Of a stretch of DNA of 46,701 bases, positions 10,159 through 22,522 are shown in pieces (position 1 is the stretch's first letter; each line of letters opens with the position of its first letter). The notes under the pieces are model-generated. The model was not told where the DNA came from. It saw nothing but the letters and a program-made list of their open reading frames with translations, and ran no database searches. Position numbers and translations under genes: made by a program. Source of the DNA: Escherichia phage YDC107_1; sequence record CP025712.1, one strand, 5' to 3'.

Positions 10159-11184
10159 TTACGCCAGTTGTACAGACACGAATTCATCAGGGTCAGCCAG
10201 CAGCATCAGCGGTGCTGACTGAATCATAGTGAACTCACGCGCCGGATCGCCGGTGGTCACCCAGTTTTTCGGGTAACGGGCAGAGGCGTTAATGCCTTCG
10301 CGCTGTGCGTCCGCATCCTGAATGCAGCCATAGGTGCGCAGACCGCGTGCCTGAGTGTTCCCCAGCACCATCGTGTTGTCCGGCAGGAAGTTCTTTTTGA
10401 TGCCGTTTTCCACGTACTGTCCGGAATACACGACGATGGCCACATCGCCATACATTCCCTTATAGGACACCGCTTTGCCCAGGTCTTTCACCGCTGTCTC
10501 CAGCTCGGAATGAGAGCCGCGACGGGTATCCAGCTTATCCTTGACGGCCTTGAAGGAACGGAACAGCGCCCAGCCTTTCGGATCAAACACGATGATATTC
10601 ACCACACCGCTGGCGTTCAGCGCGTAGGCTTCGATATCGTCGGTCGGGTCATACGTGGACTTGTCACGCTGGCTCCACTGCGTGCCGCCGGACTGCGTGA
10701 TGTTATTCGCCGCACTGCGGCCCATATCCACTTCAACCGGATCGAAGGCTTCACCGGTCATGGTGTATTTGCCCTTAAGCACGGCAGAAACGGCCTGCAT
10801 CTCTTCGACCTGGGCAATGGCCAGCTCTTCATCACGCATGTTCTGCATGATGATGCGACGGCGGCGGTAAGCCGGGTCCGCCAGATTCTGCGGATCTTCA
10901 TCCGGCAGGCGACGCAGGGTCATCTGCGGATTCACCTCATGCTTGGGTTTGACATATCCCGGCGTAAATTCAGAGGTGGAGCCGCCACGGGAACGGATAA
11001 CCTCACCGGAAACAATCGGCGAAACGTACAGCGCCATGTTTACCAGTCCCGGAATTTGTGAGAGATAGACTTTCTCCGTGGTGAAGGGATAGCTCTCACG
11101 GAAAAAGAGACGCAGAAACAGCGGATCAAACTTAAATTTCTGCTCATTTGCCGCCAGCAGCTGGGCGGTTGTGTACATCGACAT
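10159..11184 (-). CDS. E: Major capsid protein E
   Basis: Lambda E-like from MSMYTTAQLLAANEQKF (341 aa). Confidence 0.92.
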   Translation of the reverse strand: MSMYTTAQLLAANEQKFKFDPLFLRLFFRESYPFTTEKVYLSQIPGLVNMALYVSPIVSGEVIRSRGGSTSEFTPGYVKPKHEVNPQMTLRRLPDEDPQNLADPAYRRRRIIMQNMRDEELAIAQVEEMQAVSAVLKGKYTMTGEAFDPVEVDMGRSAANNITQSGGTQWSQRDKSTYDPTDDIEAYALNASGVVNIIVFDPKGWALFRSFKAVKDKLDTRRGSHSELETAVKDLGKAVSYKGMYGDVAIVVYSGQYVENGIKKNFLPDNTMVLGNTQARGLRTYGCIQDADAQREGINASARYPKNWVTTGDPAREFTMIQSAPLMLLADPDEFVSVQLA

Positions 11185-11239
11185 AAAAAAATCCCGTAAA
11201 AAAAGCCGCACAGGCGGCCTTTAGTGATGAAGGGTCAGG

Positions 11240-11572
11240 TTAAACGATGCTGATTGCCGTTCCGGCAAACGCGGTCCGTTTTTTCGTCTCATCGCTGGCA
11301 GCCTCCGGCCAGAGCACATCCTCATAACGGAACGTGCCGGACTTGTAGAACGTCAGCGTGGTGCTGGTCTGGTCAGCAGCAACCGCAAGAATGCCAACGG
11401 CAGCACCGTCGGTGGTGCCATCCCACGCAACCAGCTTACGGGTGGAGGTGTCCAGCATCAGCGGGGTCATTGCAGGCGCTTTCGCACTCAATCCGCCGGG
11501 CGCGGTTGCGGTATGAGCCGGGTCACTGTTGCCCAGCGGCTGGTAATGGGTAAAGGTTTCTTTGCTCGTCAT
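11240..11572 (-). CDS. D: Head decoration protein D
   Basis: Lambda D-like from [12 protein letters not shown] (110 aa). Confidence 0.9.
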   Translation of the reverse strand: MTSKETFTHYQPLGNSDPAHTATAPGGLSAKAPAMTPLMLDTSTRKLVAWDGTTDGAAVGILAVAADQTSTTLTFYKSGTFRYEDVLWPEAASDETKKRTAFAGTAISIV

Positions 11573-11581
11573 AAACATCCC

Positions 11582-12187
11582 TTACACTGGTGTATTCAGC
11601 AAATCGTTAACGGCATCAGATGCCGGGTTACCTGCAGCCAGCGGTGCCGGTGCACCCTGCATCAGACGATCCAGCGCAGTATCACTGCGCGCCTGTGCAC
11701 TCTGTGGTGCTGCGGCCAGAATGCGGCGGGCCGTTTCCACGGTCATTCCGGGGGTTTCTGCCAGAACGCGCGCCTGTTCTTCGCGTCCGTGAGCCTCATC
11801 ACAGTTGAGGATCCCCATAATGCGGCTGTTTTCTGCCGCAACCGCTGCGGTGATCTGCGCGTTCACGTCCGGCTGCGCCGCGCTGGCGTTTTCGCCCTCC
11901 GTCGCTTGCACCACGTCAGTAACGTCAGCCTGCGAAGCGGTGGCTGAAACAGTTGTTGATTGAGTCTCTTTGGTCATTCGCCCTCCTGAGAGACGGGATT
12001 TACGTGCATCCAGTGCATCACGCATGACGGTGATCGCATCGGTGCTGTTAACAAGTTCATCAGCCAGTCCGGCATCAATGGCCTCCTGACCGCTGTACAC
12101 TGCAGCCTCGGTATCCAGCACAGTCTGCACGGACAGGCCGGTATATGCCGACACCTTCTGCGCAAACATCTGGCGGGTTGCATCCAT
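11582..12187 (-). CDS. nu3: Scaffolding protein Nu3 (in-frame internal start within C)
   Basis: Internal Met MDATRQMFAQ gives the 201-aa C-terminal product, as for lambda Nu3. Confidence 0.7.
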   Translation of the reverse strand: MDATRQMFAQKVSAYTGLSVQTVLDTEAAVYSGQEAIDAGLADELVNSTDAITVMRDALDARKSRLSGGRMTKETQSTTVSATASQADVTDVVQATEGENASAAQPDVNAQITAAVAAENSRIMGILNCDEAHGREEQARVLAETPGMTVETARRILAAAPQSAQARSDTALDRLMQGAPAPLAAGNPASDAVNDLLNTPV

Positions 12188-12881
12188 CCGGGACTGCAGT
12201 GTCTCCCGGACGTCATCCGGAAGATGGCTGTAGGGGTTGCCATCCACCTTATGGCTGCCGCTGTAAATCAGCGTGATTTCCACGCCCTGTTTCTCCAGCG
12301 CAGCACCGTAATTACTGTGAGCCATCATGACGCCGATGGAGCCTGTCCGGGCGGTCTGCGTGACCAGACGCCGGGAGGCGGCGCTGGCAAGCAGCTGACC
12401 TGCACTGCAGTTCATGTCGTTGGCCAGCGCCCATACAGGTTTTATGTCACGCACGCGGGCGATGATGTCAGCGCAGTCAAATGCCCCCGCCACCATCCCG
12501 CCGGGCGTGTCCATATCGAGCAGAATGCCGTCCACCATCGGGTCGCTGGCAGCCTGTTGCAGACGGGCGATAATGCCGTTGTAACCGGTCATCCCCGAAT
12601 ACGGCTGCAGCGCCCGCGTCCGGCTGACCAGCGTGCCGGAAACCGGCAGCACGGCGATGCCGTTCATGACCTGATAACTGCGGGCCTGTCGTGGTCCGTC
12701 ATCATCACCGGATAACGCCAGCGTCGCGGGTGCCTCCGGGGCAGTCAGGCTGTCACCGGACACCGCATCTGTCAGGCGGCTGATCCCAAGCTGGCCTGCA
12801 AGCGCACAAAAGAAAACCCGCGCATAGGCGGGTTCAAGCATCAGCGGCTCATTAAAGGCCATGCTGGCAATATGCGGGAGA

Positions 12882-12901
<20 letters not shown>
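11582..12901 (-). CDS. C: Capsid assembly protease C
   Basis: Lambda C-like from a GTG start (V)TAELRNLPHIASMAF, 439 aa; ClpP/S49-like fold. Confidence 0.88.
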
Positions 12902-16582
<3,681 letters not shown>

Positions 16583-16608
<26 letters not shown>

Positions 16609-17128
16609 TCAGCAACCCCGGTATCAGTTCATCCAGCGCGGCTGCTTTGTTCATGGCTTTGATGATATCCCGTTTCAGGAAATCAATGTGCCGGTTATCC
16701 AGCTCAGGAAAACGTCGCTGCACCGACAGAGGAATACCGTCGAGAATACTGGATATTTCCCTTGCTATACGCGACAGCACGAAAGTACAGAATGCGGTTT
16801 CCACCACTTCAGCCGATTCTTTGGCATTTTTCAGTTCCTGCGCCGTCGCCTGAGCACGAGTCAGGCGATGGCGCTCAAATTCAAGTGTTCCGGGGTGAAG
16901 ATCTGCCTCGCTGGCCAGCCGTAATTCTTCAACCTCCCGGCGCAGCTTTTCGTTCTCAATTTCAGCATCCCTTTCGGCATACCATTTTATGACGGCGGCA
17001 GAGTCATAAAGCACCTCATTACCCTTGCCACCGCCTCGCAGAACGGGCATTCCCTGCTCCTGCCAGTTCTGAATGGTACGGATACTCGCACCGAAAATGT
17101 CAGCCAGCTGCTTTTTGTTGACTTCCAT
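16583..17128 (-). CDS. nu1: Terminase small subunit Nu1
   Basis: 181 aa lambda Nu1-like with N-terminal HTH (MEVNKKQLADIFGASIRTIQNWQEQGMPV); 26-bp overlap with A. Confidence 0.9.
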
Positions 17129-17312
17129 TGTTCATTCCACGGACAAAAACAGAGAAAGGAAACGACAGAGGCCAAAAGGCCTGTTTTCAGCACCTGTCGT
17201 TTCCTTTCTTTTCAGGGGGTGTTTTAAATAAAAACATTAAGTTACGGAGAAGAAGAACGGAAACGCCTTAAACCGGAAAATTTTCATAAATAGCGAAAAC
17301 CCGCGCGCCTTC
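17129..17312 (-). other. cos site (cosB upstream of Nu1 plus cosN)
   Basis: Reverse complement of 17129-17290 matches the lambda left-end cosB sequence as I recall it. Cohesive-end equivalent at 17296-17307 reads GGGCGGAAGGCG on the minus strand versus lambda GGGCGGCGACCT. Confidence 0.75.
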
Positions 17313-17390
17313 CGCCCCGTAGCCTGCCGGATCGCCGGAAAGGACCCGCAAAGGTGAGAATAATTATCACTTGCATTAATATCCAGCTTC

Positions 17391-17559
17391 TTCCACCATC
17401 GCACCGGACGGGCGACTATGAGGGACAAAACCGCGCACCATAAACGCGGTAAAAACCCGGTGTGCATCGTTTTTGATTATTTCCGCACACTCGCGCAGAA
17501 GGAATTCCCCGTCGGGCTACGGTCATGGTTAATGCGGAAATACGGCGACGATGCAGCGC
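17391..17559. repeat. Direct repeat copy A (about 169 bp), partner at 18341..18509
   Basis: Shared …CATGAGGGACAAA…CGGTAAAAACCCGGTGTGCATCGTTTTTGATTATTTCCGCACACTCGCGCAGA…TTCCCCGTCGGGCTACGGTCATGGTTAATGCGGAAATACGGCGACGATGCAGCGC with a few mismatches. Confidence 0.85.
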
Positions 17560-17679
17560 ATGATGTGTCAGGCTTGAATACCTTTATCCGTTAAAAGGGA
17601 TATCAGTTAAGTTATCCCGTGCAGGGTATAAGCCATTATCAAAGCCACTCAGTAGCGAATGGCTTTTGTAATGGACTAT

Positions 17680-18276
17680 TTAATTAGTGATGCTGCGTGG
17701 CTTCATACAAATTTCAGAAATATGATTCTTTTCGTCCAAATGATGCTGGACATCATTTTTATCATCACTCAACAACTCTGCTGTTAATACAATCCCTGCT
17801 GTCTCAGATTTCCAGGAAATGCTGATATCCTGATCATCTGCATCAACATCATATTTTATCGAGTAAGGACTAAAGCTACGTCCAACGAACGCATCATTTA
17901 CCAGTACACGCCCACCCTGTCTGACCTGAAAGTCAACGCGCCCTGAAAGCTGATTTGCTGTTACAAGCAATGCCTTTTTTCTTTTTGTTTTATTGCTCAT
18001 TGCCACCAACTGTTCAGCCATCTCTCTTGTCACACTACCAGAAACTCTTTCTTGAATTTTCACAGAAAATTTTCTGGATGTAGTAGCATCGACATTAAAA
18101 AATCTGGATGTCATCAGGCAGTTATTAACAATTGGCATCAGCTCACTTACGATTGTAAAAAATTCCCGGTAAAGCTCATTTTGCTTTTCAACACACAGCT
18201 TTCCACAATCGTCCAGCTTACGCTCAAGAGCACTTAATCTTTCCATTATTGAATTAATTTTTTGCAACTCTTTCAT
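17680..18276 (-). CDS. Hypothetical protein (AT-rich moron between lysis genes and cos)
   Basis: 198 aa from MKELQKINSIMERLSALERK with a strong SD (GGAGG) upstream. The ORF-track start at 18537 (MRPWSH…) is a GTG inside a palindrome and probably not used. No family recognised. Confidence 0.6.
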   Translation of the reverse strand: MKELQKINSIMERLSALERKLDDCGKLCVEKQNELYREFFTIVSELMPIVNNCLMTSRFFNVDATTSRKFSVKIQERVSGSVTREMAEQLVAMSNKTKRKKALLVTANQLSGRVDFQVRQGGRVLVNDAFVGRSFSPYSIKYDVDADDQDISISWKSETAGIVLTAELLSDDKNDVQHHLDEKNHISEICMKPRSITN

Positions 18277-18299
18277 CAAAACCTCCTGACAAAGATACC

Positions 18300-18317
18300 G
18301 TGCGACCACGGTCGCAC
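18300..18317. repeat. 18-bp palindrome GTGCGACCACGGTCGCAC (candidate SopB-type centromere or protein-binding site), copy 1
   Basis: Perfect palindrome just upstream of the moron gene start. Confidence 0.6.
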
Positions 18318-18340
18318 GCTCCTGAATACATGCCCTGTTT

Positions 18341-18509
18341 CTTCCACCCTCGCACAGGACTGGCGAGCATGAGGGACAAACCCGCGAATCATTAGCGCGG
18401 TAAAAACCCGGTGTGCATCGTTTTTGATTATTTCCGCACACTCGCGCAGAGGAGTTCCCCGTCGGGCTACGGTCATGGTTAATGCGGAAATACGGCGACG
18501 ATGCAGCGC
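18341..18509. repeat. Direct repeat copy B (partner of 17391..17559)
   Basis: See copy A; together they bracket the 17680..18276 gene. Confidence 0.85.
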
Positions 18510-18519
18510 GGTATTTAAT

Positions 18520-18537
18520 GTGCGACCACGGTCGCAC
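18520..18537. repeat. 18-bp palindrome GTGCGACCACGGTCGCAC, copy 2
   Basis: Intergenic, between the DUF4406-like gene and direct repeat B. Confidence 0.6.
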
Positions 18538-18556
18538 ACGAGAAACAAAGAGATTT

Positions 18557-18868
18557 TTATGCTACAGAGGAACAAGCTGGCGGGTAATTCAGCGTAGTGA
18601 ATACCGGCATCTCCATCTTGTATGCGTAATGATACTCAGCAGTTGCTCCAGCAGACGCTTTCCAGCCAGGAAGCATCAAAATAGCATCAGCACAACGAAG
18701 CATTGCAAAGCAAATATCCATGTATTCACGTTGTGTCAGACCATTAGGCAAAGTGGCTGGATTCAAGACAGAGTGACCATGTCGTGACAAACGATCTGCC
18801 TCTTTATTAAAGGCGTCACGATTAAAGTTCTCATATCCAGTCATTGGCCCGGCAATATAAATTTTCAT
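18557..18868 (-). CDS. DUF4406-like small protein (nucleoside deoxyribosyltransferase-like fold)
   Basis: 103 aa, MKIYIAGPMTGYENFNRDAF… N-terminus typical of that family as I recall; function unknown. Confidence 0.5.
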   Translation of the reverse strand: MKIYIAGPMTGYENFNRDAFNKEADRLSRHGHSVLNPATLPNGLTQREYMDICFAMLRCADAILMLPGWKASAGATAEYHYAYKMEMPVFTTLNYPPACSSVA

Positions 18869-18909
18869 TCACTATCCAACAAATTGAGTTCGTTTTTGAT
18901 ACAGAGGGA

Positions 18910-19377
18910 TTAATTCGGGCATTGCGTCTTGATGTATTCCTGAAGCGTTCTCAGTGCTGTCTGGTCTCTGATGATTCCGTCCCGGATACCGAGAACGTTT
19001 CGTCCAGCAACTGGAGAGAGTTCGACGGTGGCATCATTGCCCATGCCGGAGGCGCTGGAGGTTTCGGCTGAGGATGGCACAGAGCATTTTCCTTTGACGA
19101 GCACCCGACCACCATTATCAAGCTTGCGCCGAAGAGCATCATTTTCAGCTTTCGCATCAGCCAACTCCTTCGTGTATTTTGCATCGAGCGCAGCAACATC
19201 ACGCTGACGCTGCTGCATGTCAGCGATGGTGGCGGTCGCCTGCTTCAGCTCACTGACTTTTTTATCACGCTGTTCTTTGTAGGCGATGGCGTTATCACGG
19301 TAATGATTAACAGCCCACGACAGGCAGACGATGATGCAGATAACCAGTGCGGAGATAATTGCGGTTACTCTGCTCAT
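18910..19377 (-). CDS. Rz: Spanin inner-membrane subunit Rz
   Basis: Lambda Rz-like N-terminus [30 protein letters not shown], coiled-coil periplasmic domain. Confidence 0.85.
   Translation of the reverse strand: MSRVTAIISALVICIIVCLSWAVNHYRDNAIAYKEQRDKKVSELKQATATIADMQQRQRDVAALDAKYTKELADAKAENDALRRKLDNGGRVLVKGKCSVPSSAETSSASGMGNDATVELSPVAGRNVLGIRDGIIRDQTALRTLQEYIKTQCPN
18951..19157 (-). CDS. Rz1: Spanin outer-membrane lipoprotein Rz1 (embedded in Rz, +1 frame)
   Basis: [21 protein letters not shown] lipobox followed by a Pro-rich segment. Confidence 0.7.
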   Translation of the reverse strand: MRKLKMMLFGASLIMVVGCSSKENALCHPQPKPPAPPAWAMMPPSNSLQLLDETFSVSGTESSETRQH

Positions 19378-19874
19378 TGCTGCCCCCACAAACAGACTTC
19401 ACGCTCAATCTCACGGCGAGTCATCAGCCCTTTCCATTGCTTACCGCCAGCATATGTCCAGCGACGTAGTTGATCACATGCACCTTTGATATCGCCCTGG
19501 TTGATTTTGCGAAGAAGTGTCGATGTTCTGAAATTGCCTGCACCCACGTTGTAAACGAACGAGTAAAGAGCACCACGCGTTGTTTCCGGTATATCGACTT
19601 TGATGTACGGGTTAATTTGTCTGGCGACAGTAGCAAGGTCTTTATTCAGGAGAGCTTTGCATTCTGCTTCGGTATACGTTTTACCGAGCATAATGTCTTT
19701 TCCTGTATGCCCGTAACATACAGTCCATACACCAACGATGTCTTTGTAGGGGTTATGTCTCACACCTTCCAGACCATCGTTGCCGCTCGGACCAGAGATG
19801 AGCACAGATGCTATGGCAATAGCCCCGCCACCAATAGCAGTTGCGACAGCTTTGCGTAATGATGACTGCATCAT
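19374..19874 (-). CDS. R: SAR endolysin (T4-type lysozyme, phage 21 R-like)
   Basis: 166 aa; N-terminal SAR segment [16 protein letters not shown] then lysozyme domain; close to P21 R as I recall. Confidence 0.88.
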   Translation of the reverse strand: MMQSSLRKAVATAIGGGAIAIASVLISGPSGNDGLEGVRHNPYKDIVGVWTVCYGHTGKDIMLGKTYTEAECKALLNKDLATVARQINPYIKVDIPETTRGALYSFVYNVGAGNFRTSTLLRKINQGDIKGACDQLRRWTYAGGKQWKGLMTRREIEREVCLWGQQ

Positions 19875-20143
19875 ATTTCCTTCGGTGCTCTCTTTCCCAA
19901 TTCACCAATAACCATCGCCGTGGCGGAAATATTATTGGCATCAGTTTTATCCAATATGTCCTGCAATATCTTCGTGCGCTTCATCTGCTCGCGTTTATTG
20001 AGCCGGTATGTAAGTACACCGAGGATAATGCTGAACGCGACACCGATAATGAAGCCCCAATCCTGCAATGACAGGCTGGCAAAGAACGCAGTAAGACCAG
20101 CACTACCATAAGATGCGCTGCTGTATCGTTCATCCATCTTCAT
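19871..20143 (-). CDS. S: Holin, probably pinholin-type
   Basis: 90 aa; MKM dual-start motif; weakly hydrophobic TMD1 and TMD2 [18 protein letters not shown]; immediately upstream of a SAR endolysin. Confidence 0.65.
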   Translation of the reverse strand: MKMDERYSSASYGSAGLTAFFASLSLQDWGFIIGVAFSIILGVLTYRLNKREQMKRTKILQDILDKTDANNISATAMVIGELGKRAPKEI

Positions 20144-20238
20144 ATCTCTTACCTCGCAATAGTTGCTGAGGTTTCGGCTTGGAAACTATACGGCGAGAAA
20201 TAACCCCATCAAAAACGGCAGGGGAATATATTCTTCAG

Positions 20239-21315
20239 TTACTCAAATAACTTTTTCACTTCATCAACTGTCTGAAGATAACGTTCACCCTCAATCTCAA
20301 TACCGATTGCCTGACGACCTAACTTCAGCGCGGCTTTAATAGTAGAGCCTGATCCCATAAAGAAATCGGCAACGATATCTCCGGGGCGGGAACTACTTTT
20401 TATAATATGTTCCATCATCGCTGCAGGTTTTTCACATGGGTGCTTGCCAGGATAATATTGCACAGGAGGAAACTCCCATACATCGGTATAAGGTACATCA
20501 GCAGTAACATGAAATGGGCGGCGCAAATTTTCATACTGAGCCTTCAAATCATCATACTGCTTCTTTACTTCCTCATAACGCAATTTCAGATCGCTATAAC
20601 GCTTTTCATGTTCTGAATAATCAACATTAAAAGGATATGGACACGGGACACCGAGTGAATCTGCCTTCCTGCGAAATAATTCGCATAGTTTATTAAAATC
20701 ACTTAATGATGGAAGCCGCCACTGCGAATAAGAAAACCAGTGCGAACACATCTGCTTTCCTGTTGCTGAATTAATGTCTGCGGCTGATATATCTAACTGA
20801 CGGCGAGCCAGCGAAAAAGCATCAATTAGTGGAGAAAAAATATTTTTTCTTAAATCTGCACATTTTGAAGCATAACCTGACTGACCTTTAGCATAACCTG
20901 ACGCGCCGTAATGCTCTGCAAATAATATTCTTTCAGTGGCAGGAAAATAAGCCCTTAAACTTTCTTTATGACAACCGCGCCACATACCACTGGGTTTAGC
21001 CCAAATGATATGGTTCAGAACATTGAAACGGTCGCGAGTTAATAATTCAATTTTTGACGCAAGGCGAGAGCCGGTAAACATATACAGGCTGCCATTAGGG
21101 GCCAATATCCGCCAAAATTCTGCCAAAAATTCATCAATCCACCCCAAAAAGTCAGCATCGCTATCCCACTGGTTATCCCATGCGTTAGCCTTTACGCCGA
21201 AGTATGGTGGGTCTGTTGCAATCAAATTGACCGAGTTATCAGGGATGGTTTTGATAAATTGCAGAGAATCTGCGCAAACGAGTTGCGCGCCATGAATATT
21301 AGTGGTTTTGAACAT
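20239..21315 (-). CDS. DNA methyltransferase (DPPY-type, N6-adenine or N4-cytosine)
   Basis: Motif IV LIATDPPYF near the N-terminus and motif I FFMGSGST near the C-terminus; likely start MFKTTNIHGAQ at 21315 (ORF-track start 21360). Confidence 0.8.
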   Translation of the reverse strand: MFKTTNIHGAQLVCADSLQFIKTIPDNSVNLIATDPPYFGVKANAWDNQWDSDADFLGWIDEFLAEFWRILAPNGSLYMFTGSRLASKIELLTRDRFNVLNHIIWAKPSGMWRGCHKESLRAYFPATERILFAEHYGASGYAKGQSGYASKCADLRKNIFSPLIDAFSLARRQLDISAADINSATGKQMCSHWFSYSQWRLPSLSDFNKLCELFRRKADSLGVPCPYPFNVDYSEHEKRYSDLKLRYEEVKKQYDDLKAQYENLRRPFHVTADVPYTDVWEFPPVQYYPGKHPCEKPAAMMEHIIKSSSRPGDIVADFFMGSGSTIKAALKLGRQAIGIEIEGERYLQTVDEVKKLFE

Positions 21316-21450
21316 AGCTATTATTTTTTTGCCTGGGTAAGCTAACCCGGCGATGCGCATCGCGGGTGGGCTTTAGGTTCAGCCTATAGCTCTGGCATGG
21401 GTTGACCGCAGGACAAGCTGCAACTTGTCCTGCGCCCACTTTTCAGGCAC

Positions 21451-21472
21451 AAAAAAACCGCCATAAAGGCGG
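21451..21472 (-). terminator. Rho-independent terminator on the late (minus) strand upstream of the methylase/lysis block, tR'-like position
   Basis: Minus-strand CCGCC-TTTAT-GGCGG followed by seven T. Confidence 0.5.
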
Positions 21473-21559
21473 CTTGTTGGCTGTTGGGTACAAAAAACCC
21501 AACTTAACAAAACAATAACTAAAAACCGTAATTTTGCCAAGCTTTTTCGTTTTTGTGCT

Positions 21560-21577
21560 GTGCGACCGTGGTCGCAC
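21560..21577. repeat. 18-bp palindrome GTGCGACCGTGGTCGCAC, copy 3 (opposite orientation of the central dinucleotide)
   Basis: Intergenic, in the late regulatory region. Confidence 0.6.
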
Positions 21578-21582
21578 AGTTT

Positions 21583-21810
21583 TTAGAAAGTTGCCTGCTT
21601 ATATTCATCGGTCAAAGAATATCGACCAGACCCGCTACGCTTTGCAACCCCAAAACAGATCATCTGTTCGATGATAAATTCAACGGCAGCTTGACTCAAA
21701 AAACAGGCTTCGCTTAACTCTTTCAGGGAAATGCGTGGGTATCCACGCATAACACATTCCACACTCAGGGCCGCTTCAGTCATATTTCCACGAATTTCAT
21801 TAATATTCAT
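21583..21810 (-). CDS. Hypothetical small protein
   Basis: 75-aa ORF just upstream of the terminator region; no family recognised. Confidence 0.45.
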   Translation of the reverse strand: MNINEIRGNMTEAALSVECVMRGYPRISLKELSEACFLSQAAVEFIIEQMICFGVAKRSGSGRYSLTDEYKQATF

Positions 21811-21823
21811 AACGCCTCTCTAA

Positions 21824-22063
21824 TCAATCTTGAAACTGGAAATCAACATCAGCCATAAAGCGGTTCAACTCAGCCAGTTTTGGCCCCATAGTCCCAACTA
21901 AGCGACCAGCCAGTCGGTCTGCCAGGTTGGTACTGTTGAAACCATATTCCTTTTCGAAACGTTCAACCTTCTGCCACAACTCATACAGTTCGTTAGCTAT
22001 CTCCGCAACGTCGTCGCGCATTTTTTCGTTACCTTGATAATTCATAATATCCTCCAAATTCAT
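21824..22063 (-). CDS. Hypothetical small protein
   Basis: 79-aa ORF; no family recognised. Confidence 0.45.
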   Translation of the reverse strand: MNLEDIMNYQGNEKMRDDVAEIANELYELWQKVERFEKEYGFNSTNLADRLAGRLVGTMGPKLAELNRFMADVDFQFQD

Positions 22064-22210
22064 ATAGTTAGTGGGTTATTGCCCCTCAATGACACGAACT
22101 GTAACTCTGCCAAACGAACACATCCAGTGTTATTTTTCACTTTTTAGTGAAATTTTTAATTTGCGCTTTTTTCTTGTTTTGGTGTATTTTATGGCTATGG
22201 AGGCTATAAT

Positions 22211-22522
22211 ATGTTTAACGTGATAACCCACCCTGCAGCACTGGATGAACTGCTTGAACTACCAGATGATTTGCGAGGTCGCATGACCAGATTAATTGAG
22301 CGACTGGAGAAGGAAGGCAACAAACTGAAGATGCCCCATAGCCGTGTAATAGGTGGAGGGCTTTTTGAACTACGAGTAGGGGATAAAAACATCGCAAGAA
22401 CGCTGTACGCCTACGCGACTGGTAACGAAATTTATCTATTGCATGCATTTGTAAAAAAGACACAGAAAACACCGGTGAAGGCTATCGAAATCGCCAGAAC
22501 TCGCCTGAAGGAGATGAACTGA
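22211..22522 (+). CDS. Type II toxin, HigB / Gp49-like (RelE/ParE superfamily)
   Basis: 103 aa with …GGGLFELRVGDKNIARTLYAYATGNEIYLLHAFVKKTQKTP… typical of Gp49/HigB; SD GGAGG; upstream palindrome TTTCACTTTTTAGTGAAA at 22135-22152 is a candidate operator. Confidence 0.8.
   Translation: MFNVITHPAALDELLELPDDLRGRMTRLIERLEKEGNKLKMPHSRVIGGGLFELRVGDKNIARTLYAYATGNEIYLLHAFVKKTQKTPVKAIEIARTRLKEMN

Noticed and set aside
17237-17467. 76-aa minus-strand ORF spanning the cos region
   Set aside because: It overlaps cosN/cosB and the direct repeat and has no RBS; non-coding.
17391-18509. Direct repeats near cos considered as a possible CRISPR array or insertion-sequence ends
   Set aside because: Only two copies of about 169 bp with about 10% divergence, no short regular spacing, no transposase; fits a duplication flanking a moron.
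17680-18537. ORF-track genes beginning MRPWSH (17680..18537, 25729..25956) and others starting inside the 18-bp palindrome
   Set aside because: The apparent start is a GTG within GTGCGACCACGGTCGCAC; downstream ATG codons with proper SD sequences are the likelier starts, so the N-terminal extensions were trimmed.
18557-18868. Bor or Lom-type lysogenic-conversion lipoprotein at the lambda position next to Rz
   Set aside because: The ORF has no signal peptide or lipobox and has a DUF4406-like N-terminus instead.
21364-21439. 76-nt structured segment with nested inverted repeats that looked superficially tRNA-sized
   Set aside because: No 7-bp acceptor stem with a 3' CCA context, no recognisable T-loop or anticodon arm geometry on either strand; more likely terminator or regulatory hairpins.
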